Virus record (IMG/VR): IMGVR_UViG_3300028048_003124
Reading direction: 5' to 3' (one strand)
Length of the DNA: 64,000 bases
Source: a virus
Lineage: Duplodnaviria; Caudoviricetes
Shown: positions 36,746 through 45,116 of the stretch, in pieces
Layout: each line of letters begins with the position of its first letter
Numbering within the stretch: position 1 is the stretch's first letter
Program-made: the position numbers and the translations under genes
The notes under the pieces: model-generated
Told to the model about the DNA's origin: nothing
The model's input: the letters and a program-made list of their open reading frames with translations, nothing else
The model's database searches: none

Positions 36746-37670
36746 AGTTCGAAAGGCAAAAAACTTCTATACGGCTTGTTCGTATGAGGGAGGTTGAGTA
36801 CTTTCGGACTTTGGTGGGCAGCGCCAGCCAGTCCCTTTAAGGACAGGAAGGGGTGCGTTGCCCCAAGGAGAGTAAGTCTGCGATTAGATGGTTAGAGAAG
36901 CCGTCTAATTAGGGTTAAAACGCAGATGTATGTGCGTAACGCCGCCTGAAAGAAGAAAGCCCTGTGCCGTTGGATCTTGGCTCTGGGTGTAAGAGTTCGG
37001 ACGCCGTTGAGATGCCATACCCCTCGAGGATTTTGTCGGCGGTCGGTCTATGAGACAGCCTAGTACGCTACTAGGCAGTAAGGTTCCGATCAGGGGTTAG
37101 ATGCCGAGTATAGCGCAAAATACGTCGCCGGAAGATAATGTCTGGCGGCGAGTGGCGCTCCCCTACGATGAGTGTGAAGAGCGTAGAGATGGTTGGGGAG
37201 CCAACGCCACCAGTTCTCGCAGAACTGGTATCCCTTGACGAGATTACTGTCGCAAACCCTGAAAACGGCAGGTAGGCGAGTCAGTGTATGTCCGATGAGC
37301 GGTTTATCCCGATGAGCGGTAGCAAGACTCGCCTATGGGACTTCCGAGGTTGCTGTGAGCCTGTGCATAGGATAGGCGTTTTCCGACTTTAATCGCCCCA
37401 TGCAATCACACAGTCGTTATATAAGGATGAGCCGAGGAATAGCAGGTTGCATGATTGCGTGGAGTCTATAGATAGACGTGTGAAGCGTATGAAGTGATGG
37501 ACTTTGTCCGACTTGTTCCTTATATGATGTAACTGATCCTAAGGTCGGCAGGGGAGTTTCCTCTTTAAGTTAGTGCTTAAAGATGGCTAAAGAGTTGGTA
37601 ACAACTAGAAGCGAGGATGCGTAAGAAACTCCAGTCAGGTAGTGGGTAAGCCTGACATCCCTTCCCTTTA
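36746..37670 (+). ncRNA. Large (~920 nt) highly structured non-coding RNA (GOLLD/ROOL-like size and context; family unconfirmed)
   Basis: No long ORF; markedly GC-richer than flanks; more than 10 helices with G-U pairs, a GNRA loop and possible 5'/3' end pairing; ends 5 nt before tRNA-Leu. Confidence 0.75.
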
Positions 37671-37675
37671 AGTAT

Positions 37676-37759
37676 GCGGATATGGCGGAATAGGCAGACG
37701 CGCCAGATTTAGGATCTGGTATCTCAGATGTGCAGGTTCAAGTCCTGTTATCCGCACCA
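37676..37759 (+). tRNA. tRNA-Leu (anticodon UAG), CCA encoded
   Basis: GCGGATA / TATCCGC acceptor stem; D-loop GGCAGAC; anticodon arm CCAGA-TTTAGGA-TCTGG; long variable arm; GGTTCAAGTCC T-arm; ends ACCA. Confidence 0.95.
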
Positions 37760-37794
37760 TGGGTAATAACCATGAAAATGGTTTAAATAATGGT

Positions 37795-37830
37795 ACTCCT
37801 TTTGGTAAGGGCACTTTGCTTTTATCTTAA
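37795..37830 (+). repeat. 36-nt imperfect direct repeat/hairpin, copy 1
   Basis: actccttttggtaagggcactttgcttttatcttaa; 30/36 identical to 38103-38138. Confidence 0.75.
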
Positions 37831-37855
37831 CTAAGAATACAGGAGGGTAAATATC

Positions 37856-38101
37856 ATGTCAGATAAAAACTACTATGAGGTCATGATTGACCATTCAACC
37901 TTTTCAACAGCAAAATGGGCAGTTGTCAGCTACCCGAAGGATAAGTGTATCAAGAACGGTGAGCACATCAGTGACCATGAACTCGCTCAAAAACTGCTCG
38001 CGATCATTTCAAGAAAAACAGGTTTGTCAAATCTCGTCATCCATTCGATCACACTTCTCGGCGACGATGTCATCATAATTGATGACGAGCCCGTTGATTA
38101 A
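37856..38101 (+). CDS. Small hypothetical protein flanked by direct repeats
   Basis: 81 aa with SD AGGAGG. Confidence 0.7.
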   Translation: MSDKNYYEVMIDHSTFSTAKWAVVSYPKDKCIKNGEHISDHELAQKLLAIISRKTGLSNLVIHSITLLGDDVIIIDDEPVD

Positions 38102-38102
38102 A

Positions 38103-38138
38103 ACTCCTTTCGGCAAGGGCACTTAGCTTCTGCCTTAA
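38103..38138 (+). repeat. 36-nt imperfect direct repeat/hairpin, copy 2
   Basis: actcctttcggcaagggcacttagcttctgccttaa. Confidence 0.75.
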
Positions 38139-38421
38139 TTATATTCTTTGTTGTTTGGTAAAGATAGCTACAATTAAATATAATTTTAGTTGTAGCTATC
38201 AGATCCACTATATGTACAGCAAGAAGATTAATACATCAACGTGTATTTTGTGTATAGCCTCAAGATGCCAGCGTTAGTTTAAAGATGAGCTAACGCTGGC
38301 GGAAGGTATAATTAGCTCCCCTAAGGGTGTTGTGAGTAAGAGTATCTTCCCAGCTCTAAGTCATCAACTTAATGTAAAAGACTAAATCGCCCTAACTCAT
38401 AACTTGTCGTTTCCCTGACGG

Positions 38422-38469
38422 ATAGCGGTCATCATTGCAGAGATGTGATGATGACCGCTATTACTTTTA
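38422..38469 (+). terminator. Intrinsic terminator closing the RNA island
   Basis: ATAGCGGTCATCATT / GATGATGACCGCTAT stem with a T-rich tail. Confidence 0.65.
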
Positions 38470-38507
38470 TACGAAGAAGCATAGGGTATGTTTTAGGTGA
38501 TTGTGCT

Positions 38508-38612
38508 ATATTAGAATAGTTATATGTTTTATTAGAATCTAGAAGTATAGATATTAGTTTTTAGAGGTAGATTTATTAGAACTTAGAAAAGATTTTTTAT
38601 TAGAGATAGGTG
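38508..38612. repeat. Cluster C of phased TATTAGAnnnTAGAAG motifs
   Basis: Copies at 38530, 38552, 38574 and 38598 (spacing 22, 22, 24), at the start of a ~700-bp T-rich non-coding region. Confidence 0.7.
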
Positions 38613-39122
38613 TGGATTTAACCAGTTTTGTAACCAGGGTAGTGTTAGGAAGATTAGGTTAAGAGCTAATAATTAGTGTTTTATCGATTGTTCCTATGTG
38701 CTATAAATATATAGTTAAAACTGAGATTGTTGTAGCATCTTATCTCGTACTTTCTTAGAGTGTGCATCTTTCTTGGGATTGTTAGAGTTTCCTCAGGATT
38801 GTGTAACTAGTTGTAAGTGTTGTTAGATTACTTTGATTGTTTATTTTTTCTGAAGATTTGGTTATTATTTTTGGTTATAAAAATACTTATTTATTTTTAA
38901 CTATATTTTCAGACAAAGATTTTCGGCTTAACCACTGGCTTTTTGAGAATTTTGTGTGGGTGGTAGGGCTATTGTGCGTTTTGTTTTGTTATTTTTCTAA
39001 CTAAGATTTATACTTTTTTGTTGAGAGTTATAGAGAGTGTATAGATTGTTTTTGATTGTAATTCTTTTTTGTAGGATTTATAATTGTAGATATTTTTTCT
39101 GCCTAATTTTTGTATGAGTGTA

Positions 39123-39151
39123 TTGCTTTATTTTCCGAATTATGGTAAAAT
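39123..39151 (+). promoter_or_regulatory. Promoter TTGCTT-N17-TAAAAT, followed by motif cluster D (39189-39236)
   Basis: 17-bp spacer with extended TG; tattagaatagtgata 39189 and cattagattttagaag 39210 lie between the promoter and the HTH gene. Confidence 0.55.
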
Positions 39152-39245
39152 AATATTTGTAAGATATATTTGGTAAGCTTTTATACTTTATTAGAATAGT
39201 GATATATTTCATTAGATTTTAGAAGCTTGATTAGAGGTACAGATT

Positions 39246-39848
39246 ATGAAGAACTTTTTCTCTGTTATGATTAAGTGCAAAGATGAGATTTATGAACGGC
39301 GTGACAGGAATGCAGCTGATGTGTTTGTTAAGGTGCGTGATTTTGTTGAGTCTGGTAGGTATTCTAGTTGTAAGCGAGCTTCTGACATCGCTAAGCTGAC
39401 TTTGCGTGGTTTAAAGGATTCTGATATTGCCATTAAGTTTGACAGGTCTGTAGAAACTGTGAGGTCTGAGAAAAGGAAGATTAGTGTAGAGTTGTGGTCG
39501 ATCTTTCCTGCTGATTTCTTTGATAATCTGTTGGACTACAGGAATAAATCTTCCTATGTTGATAGTTGTATCTTTGCCTTAAACTATTGGGGAAGTGCTT
39601 CCGATGTAGTACTTCTATCAGACGTAGTCAAAGGCGTGTTGCTTAGTGGCAAAATTCAGGGTAATGACTACACTATCGAAGAGTTAAAGGATGAGATAGG
39701 TGTTTTGAGGCTATATACCAGAGATTATCTGGAAACTAATCTAAGCATGTCAGATATTGACAAGTTACGATACATAATCGCTATATTGGACGGCGTAAAG
39801 GGCGACTTGAGTATCAAATCTGAAATAATAAAAAGGCTTACGGCTTAA
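39246..39848 (+). CDS. HTH (LuxR/sigma region-4-like) DNA-binding protein
   Basis: RASDIAKLTLRGLKDSDIAIKFDRSVETVRSEKRKI matches the LuxR-type HTH pattern. Confidence 0.65.
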   Translation: MKNFFSVMIKCKDEIYERRDRNAADVFVKVRDFVESGRYSSCKRASDIAKLTLRGLKDSDIAIKFDRSVETVRSEKRKISVELWSIFPADFFDNLLDYRNKSSYVDSCIFALNYWGSASDVVLLSDVVKGVLLSGKIQGNDYTIEELKDEIGVLRLYTRDYLETNLSMSDIDKLRYIIAILDGVKGDLSIKSEIIKRLTA

Positions 39849-39853
39849 CGATA

Positions 39854-41170
39854 ATGGGGGTACATACTATGTATAATTGTGAGAAGCTTTTTGGTAAGCG
39901 TGTTATCAACGCATATTATGAGTTTAACTTCGCCATGGCACTTGCAGCTGAGTGCGGTAGACGAGGGGACTGTCTAGATATGAGGAGTATGCGTATTCCC
40001 GATAAGGAGATACTTTCCGACTCAGATATTGCTTATATGCGGTATCTTAGAGACCTTGGGTATATGTATGATGGCACCTTAGATGAACCGAGGCTGTCAA
40101 GAGGTTCAGATACAGAGTTACTTCAAAGAAGTAAGGGCGGCTTTTTTAATACAGATCTTATTGAAGATCTTGGTATTAAGGTTGTTGATTGTAAAGAAGA
40201 TATGTATTACTGGTGTTCAGAGTATGCTTACAGTTGTTATGGTAAGTACATTCAGGCTGAACTAAACAGGAAAAGGGTAAGTAATACAACTCTACATATT
40301 CTTGCGTATCTGTTCTTATCAATAGAGCTCGGTGAAATACCTAAGAAACCTATTCATTTCTTTTATAAGACATTAGAGACTTGCAACATTTATCTGTATC
40401 AAAGTCTTATGGCTTGTGAGAAAAGTATTCCAACCCTGAAGGGTAATGTTTTCATTGACTTAGATGAAGACTATATCGAGAATGTTGGAGATATGGATTT
40501 CAATCTTTTGGCAAGCATTGCTTCTCATAGCGGTAAGATGAGGAAGTGGTCTTGTTCTGAGAAGATTGCAGCTTTTGAGAGATATGGGTTAAAGAAGGGT
40601 AGTATCTGTATTCTATACGAAAGAGGCGGAGTTAGTGAGAGTAACTCAGTTGGTGTAATCTCTGGGGCTTGTGTTGTAAGGATTGATGACTATTTCGATG
40701 GGATAAGCGGAGATGTAACAGAGAGTGGAAAGTATAAAAAGAAGGGTAGAGCAGGATGGGTAGTAACGAAGTTTAGTGTAAATAAGACAAAAGAAGAAAT
40801 GCTAGACGATTACTATGGAATTGATGAAGAGTACAAGAGTACTTTCAAAGATTTGCTCAACCCGTCGTTAGGAAGTACGCAGACGTTCATGTCTTTTGAA
40901 AACGTAGGTATTGGAACTTACTTCTTAGATGAAGAGTATCTTTTAATGCCTATAGAAAGAGACTGTAAAAATAAGAAGAAGGTAACTATTGATGGCAAGA
41001 GTGCTGTTATCGACTTAGATGATGTGGAAGCGATATACTGGATTTTAAATCAGTTTGGTGTTGACTTTGATAAAGAGGAATACAAAAGGTTTTACAATAA
41101 TGGTGAAGATCTTACATACGATATGTTTGATTGCAGAACAATTGATACTCATCGTGGTATAGAGGTATGA
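39854..41170 (+). CDS. Hypothetical protein
   Basis: 438-aa ORF directly after the HTH gene. Confidence 0.8.
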   Translation: MGVHTMYNCEKLFGKRVINAYYEFNFAMALAAECGRRGDCLDMRSMRIPDKEILSDSDIAYMRYLRDLGYMYDGTLDEPRLSRGSDTELLQRSKGGFFNTDLIEDLGIKVVDCKEDMYYWCSEYAYSCYGKYIQAELNRKRVSNTTLHILAYLFLSIELGEIPKKPIHFFYKTLETCNIYLYQSLMACEKSIPTLKGNVFIDLDEDYIENVGDMDFNLLASIASHSGKMRKWSCSEKIAAFERYGLKKGSICILYERGGVSESNSVGVISGACVVRIDDYFDGISGDVTESGKYKKKGRAGWVVTKFSVNKTKEEMLDDYYGIDEEYKSTFKDLLNPSLGSTQTFMSFENVGIGTYFLDEEYLLMPIERDCKNKKKVTIDGKSAVIDLDDVEAIYWILNQFGVDFDKEEYKRFYNNGEDLTYDMFDCRTIDTHRGIEV

Positions 41171-41213
41171 CAGGAAGAGTGTACGACTATATCATTTTGG
41201 TATGAGAGGTATC

Positions 41214-41337
41214 TTTATTAGAAAAAAGAAAAGGTAATTCAGATATATAAGGTGTTTTATTAGTTCCTAGAAGAAATAATATAGTTCCGTGAAGGAATAA
41301 ATTAGAATTACAATAGTGTTTAATTAGATCTTAGAAA
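41214..41337. repeat. Cluster E of phased TATTAGAnnnTAGAAG motifs
   Basis: Copies near 41215, 41258, 41300 and 41322, upstream of the UvrD gene. Confidence 0.6.
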
Positions 41338-41367
41338 AAACAGTTGTTTATAGAGAAGGTGTTTGTG

Positions 41368-43494
41368 TTGTCTACTAATTCAGTTTTTGATGATTTGATG
41401 GACTTTTCCGCTACAAAAGAGAGTGAAAAGCGTTCAAAAATGAAGCCGAGTGATAGATTGATCGCCGACATAGAAGGGTATGGGTTCAATTTGTCTCAGC
41501 TTGAGGTTGTTTTAAAGACGTCTGGTCATCAGCTAATTGTGTCTTGTGCAGGAAGCGGTAAGACAACTAGTATTATTTTTAAGATAATATATGATCTTAA
41601 GTCTGGCAGAAGTACGGTTATGAGGCAAGTAGGTGATAAACCAATTCGTGTACCTGATACAATCTGGGTAGCAACGTTTTTAAAGTCTGGCGCAGATGAG
41701 TTAAAGAACTCTTACAGACGTTGGTGCAACCGTCTACATTGTGCAGATATGTCTCAGGTAATCCAGTTTAGTACCCTGCATGCAGAGTTTAAGCGTGTTA
41801 TAACTCAACTTGGTATGAATACAGATATTATCTCTGAATCTGAGAATAAGTCTTTACTCAAGAAAATTTTAAACAATTATGGTATAAAGAGCTCCAAAGG
41901 TGTGCAACTTAATGAAGACGAACTTAGTTCGTTGGTAGGTGCGTTAACTAGGACTAGAAACAGGCTTGATAACAAGCGTTACGAGAGTGATATCTATGAG
42001 GACCTTGGTCTCACTGGTAGTGTTATCGACTGTGTTCTCAGAGATTGGAAGGTTGCTCGTGGCGTAAAAAATATGGTAGATTTTGAAGATCTGCAAGAGA
42101 TTTTGTATGATGCTTGCTATGTCCAAAAGAGTGAGGCTATCATTAACTTCCTCGCAGATAGGTATAAGTTTATTTACCTTGATGAGTTTCAAGATACATC
42201 ACAAATCCAGTATGCGATTTTAAAGATCTATGCTTCTCAGGCTCGTCAGGTGATAGCTATTGGTGATGATGACCAGACCATCTACTCGTGGAGGGGTAGT
42301 GATAATGAGATTATTACTAAAAAATTCCTTTTAGACTTTTCTCCAGTGAAGAATGACCTGTCAGTAAATTTCAGGTGTCCTGAAAAAATCCTTAATTCCA
42401 TTAAACCCAGTATAGTGAATAATGTAAACAGATTTAATAAGGTACTGACAAGTGCGAATACAGGAGGTTTAGTGAGATATGGCAGTTACCCAGGGTACAG
42501 ACACATGGCAATGGCTCTTGGTGATTTGGTATATGATGATGTAGCTAAAGGAATGTCAGTAGCTATACTGTGCAGAACTAATAGTGACGGTCTTTTACCA
42601 GCGCTATTCTTTGACAAGATGGGTAAGTTTTCTTACAGTATATCTGGAAAAAGCATGACGCTTGATTCCTATATAGGTAGACTGGTACTTTCTATAGTTA
42701 AACTGTTTACGGATAGATATTCTAGTGATGTTAAAAGAGCCCTGAACTTGCTAACATTTGATACATACGGTGTCAAAAAGTTGATGAGTGTATGTAAGTC
42801 TAGTGGTGAAAGTATATGGACTATAAATGCTGAAGATTTGAAGTATTCATGTTTTGAGATTGCCGACAGGATTTTATCTTGGAGGGATTTTCGTAAGAAC
42901 TCAGGTGATATTACCACGCTAAAGCTTGTTTTACAAGAATACCGCTACAGCGTTTTTGTGAGGGAAAACCAGTTTAACGATATTATGAAATCGGTTCTTT
43001 TGAGTGTTGAGAGTATTCTTGATTACTATGATTATGACTCGGTAGATGATTTCTTGGTTGAGTTGCAGGATATTAACGAGAGGTTAAAGGCTAGGGAGAA
43101 AAAGGCAAACGCTCAGGTAAAAATAGCAACCGTTCATGAGTTCAAGGGTAAGGAGTCCGATTCTGTATACATCTGGAATGACTCAGAGAATGTTTTTCCT
43201 TATAAGAGGAGTACAGATACTCTTGAAGAGTTAGAAGAGGAGAGAAGGATACACTATATTGCAGGCACTCGTGCTAAAAAGGTAAGCACGATTATGTACC
43301 TAAGAGGTCACAAAGGCTCTTTTGTTGACGAGATGGACTTATCCGAAGCAGAAGAGTTAGTAGGAGAGACGTCTGGGGTACTTAAAAAGGCAATAGAAAA
43401 TAACATGGTTGAGAATAAGGGTATGCAAGAGTTTGTAAAAGAGGTAAGTGTTGATACTGGTGAGATTGACGAAGATGGTAACTTGGTAACATAA
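41368..43494 (+). CDS. UvrD/PcrA/Rep superfamily 1 DNA helicase
   Basis: AGSGKT, TLHA, LDEFQDTS, IGDDDQTIYSWRG, NFRC, TVHEFKGKE, EEERRIHYIAGTRAK. Confidence 0.92.
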   Translation: MSTNSVFDDLMDFSATKESEKRSKMKPSDRLIADIEGYGFNLSQLEVVLKTSGHQLIVSCAGSGKTTSIIFKIIYDLKSGRSTVMRQVGDKPIRVPDTIWVATFLKSGADELKNSYRRWCNRLHCADMSQVIQFSTLHAEFKRVITQLGMNTDIISESENKSLLKKILNNYGIKSSKGVQLNEDELSSLVGALTRTRNRLDNKRYESDIYEDLGLTGSVIDCVLRDWKVARGVKNMVDFEDLQEILYDACYVQKSEAIINFLADRYKFIYLDEFQDTSQIQYAILKIYASQARQVIAIGDDDQTIYSWRGSDNEIITKKFLLDFSPVKNDLSVNFRCPEKILNSIKPSIVNNVNRFNKVLTSANTGGLVRYGSYPGYRHMAMALGDLVYDDVAKGMSVAILCRTNSDGLLPALFFDKMGKFSYSISGKSMTLDSYIGRLVLSIVKLFTDRYSSDVKRALNLLTFDTYGVKKLMSVCKSSGESIWTINAEDLKYSCFEIADRILSWRDFRKNSGDITTLKLVLQEYRYSVFVRENQFNDIMKSVLLSVESILDYYDYDSVDDFLVELQDINERLKAREKKANAQVKIATVHEFKGKESDSVYIWNDSENVFPYKRSTDTLEELEEERRIHYIAGTRAKKVSTIMYLRGHKGSFVDEMDLSEAEELVGETSGVLKKAIENNMVENKGMQEFVKEVSVDTGEIDEDGNLVT

Positions 43495-43551
43495 ATAAGT
43501 ACTTTGGGAAATACAGGTTATAATTTTAAGAGTAAAAGGAGTTTTGTTTCC

Positions 43552-44043
43552 ATGAAGTTATTTGATGTAACTTGCCCGAAATGTGGAGGCAGTATAAGCG
43601 TTCAAGAAGGTGTAAAATTCGGGGATAAGTTGAAGTGTAGTTATTGTGATTGTAACTTCATATTTGACGACGGTGTGAAACGTGTAGAGCACAAAGTTGT
43701 CGGAGGGAGAGAAGCAGGCTATGACTTTGAAATGGGAAGGATGCAAGCCCAGCGAGATGCTGAGCTTCGCAAAGAGGAGTATGAAGCCAACTTAGAGGCA
43801 GCAATGGCTCAGCAAGACGAGGTTCAAAAGCAGTGGGAAAGGGAAAGACAGGCTAAGTATGACGAGGCTGAAAAGCATAGGAAAAGAGGTAGAATTATTT
43901 TATGGATTTTATTCTTTCCTATAATGCTTTTAGCAACGGTATTAAAGTCAAGTAAGATTAGCTTTGAAGCAAAGCTGTTTATAGTCGTAATCGCAATAGG
44001 TGGTATAATTTACATATGTACAGGAGGTAGACTCTGGTCATGA
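43552..44043 (+). CDS. Zinc-ribbon membrane protein
   Basis: CPKC...CSYC, coiled coil, two C-terminal TM segments; SD AAGGAG. Confidence 0.75.
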   Translation: MKLFDVTCPKCGGSISVQEGVKFGDKLKCSYCDCNFIFDDGVKRVEHKVVGGREAGYDFEMGRMQAQRDAELRKEEYEANLEAAMAQQDEVQKQWERERQAKYDEAEKHRKRGRIILWILFFPIMLLATVLKSSKISFEAKLFIVVIAIGGIIYICTGGRLWS

Positions 44044-44945
44044 TGGTTGTACACGATGAGATAGAATTAACTCTGGAAAACTTTCGAGATATACTAAAAT
44101 CAGAAGGATATAATTTGGACGTCCAAGATGTTATAAGGAGCGCCATTATTGATGGTGTTGATTTAATGCCTTTTTTAGAGGAGTGTAAGAACAATCCTTA
44201 CAGATTGGACCAAATACGACTTGGTAAGAAAGAGGGTATTGACGAGGTTTTCTTTAGCGTACATTCAGGAGAGGGTATTTACAAAATAAGACAGCTACAA
44301 AAGAAAGGCGTAAATCTGAGTACCCTCGAGGCGCATATAAGGCGTGGAAAGTTGAATGAATATGCCTTAGACAAGCTGATATTCTGGACAGGAGAAGGGT
44401 ATAATCTGACTGGATTAAATCTGGCAATCATTCCGAAATCTCTATTTGACGTATTCGAGCAGGGGTTGGAGAAAGGTTTTAATATGAAGCCTTTTAACGA
44501 TGGTCGTCAATACTCTGCTGATTATATAAGATATTGTTTGATTATTATGTCAAACAGAAAGCCAGTAGATGATTTGGTAGGTAAAACAGTATGGTCAGAG
44601 GAGAGTATAAGGGTGTTGGCAAAGAACTCCCGAGTTCTTTCCGATTCCAAATGGTCTGTTTTACTGCATACCATTAATAATAACATAACGCCAGAAAAAC
44701 TGTCTGTTCTTATTCTTTGCCTTAAGAACGATATTGATATAGGCTATTTTGTAGAACCAAAGGAGCATGGTGATTGTTTTTGGAGTGTGGATAGTTTGTC
44801 GCTTGTCGTAAAGGCTTACGAGTCAGGTCTAAGCTGGAGGAAGTTGGTGAAGGTCGGACCTGATGAGGACAGTGTTCAGGGTTTATACAACGAGCTAAAA
44901 TTAGCAAAATCTAAAAAGGTTGGTGGTAGACTTCTTAAGGGGTAA
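44040..44945 (+). CDS. Hypothetical helical-repeat protein
   Basis: Recurring short units of the type LDQIRLGKKEGID / FEQGLEKGFNM / VKAYESGLS. Confidence 0.75.
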   Translation: MMVVHDEIELTLENFRDILKSEGYNLDVQDVIRSAIIDGVDLMPFLEECKNNPYRLDQIRLGKKEGIDEVFFSVHSGEGIYKIRQLQKKGVNLSTLEAHIRRGKLNEYALDKLIFWTGEGYNLTGLNLAIIPKSLFDVFEQGLEKGFNMKPFNDGRQYSADYIRYCLIIMSNRKPVDDLVGKTVWSEESIRVLAKNSRVLSDSKWSVLLHTINNNITPEKLSVLILCLKNDIDIGYFVEPKEHGDCFWSVDSLSLVVKAYESGLSWRKLVKVGPDEDSVQGLYNELKLAKSKKVGGRLLKG

Positions 44946-45003
44946 AGGTAGCGAGAGTGTAGGAAAGTTTTTTAAGAAAGTGTAAAAAACTTTCACGAAG
45001 GGA

Positions 45004-45032
45004 TTGCAAAATTTTAAGAAATATGCTATAAT
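45004..45032 (+). promoter_or_regulatory. Promoter TTGCAA-N17-TATAAT
   Basis: Consensus -10 with extended TG; 17-bp spacer. Confidence 0.75.
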
Positions 45033-45116
45033 ATACATGTAAAATAAAAAAAGGCGGTCACGGTGCTGTGTGGTGGGAAGCCACTACCGTGAGAGCCGAG
45101 AAAGGGGACGCAATTT

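Noticed and set aside
36499-36797. ORFs 36564-36797 (+) and 36499-36693 (-)
   Set aside because: No convincing SD; they run across a promoter and RNA-like stems, so they are probably spurious.
36853-37670. Group II intron (GTGCG at 36853), RNase P RNA or tmRNA as the identity of the large RNA
   Set aside because: No domain V hairpin, no RT ORF, no RNase P GAGGAAAGTCC core and no tmRNA tRNA-like ends were found by eye.
37676-37759. tRNA with 'TAG' in the anticodon loop as an amber suppressor
   Set aside because: Anticodon UAG reads Leu CUA codons; an amber suppressor needs anticodon CUA.
29390-41337. CRISPR array interpretation of the TATTAGA repeats or the 36-nt repeats
   Set aside because: The repeats are short, degenerate and ~22 bp apart, or present in only two copies around a gene. 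There is no repeat-spacer periodicity and no cas gene.
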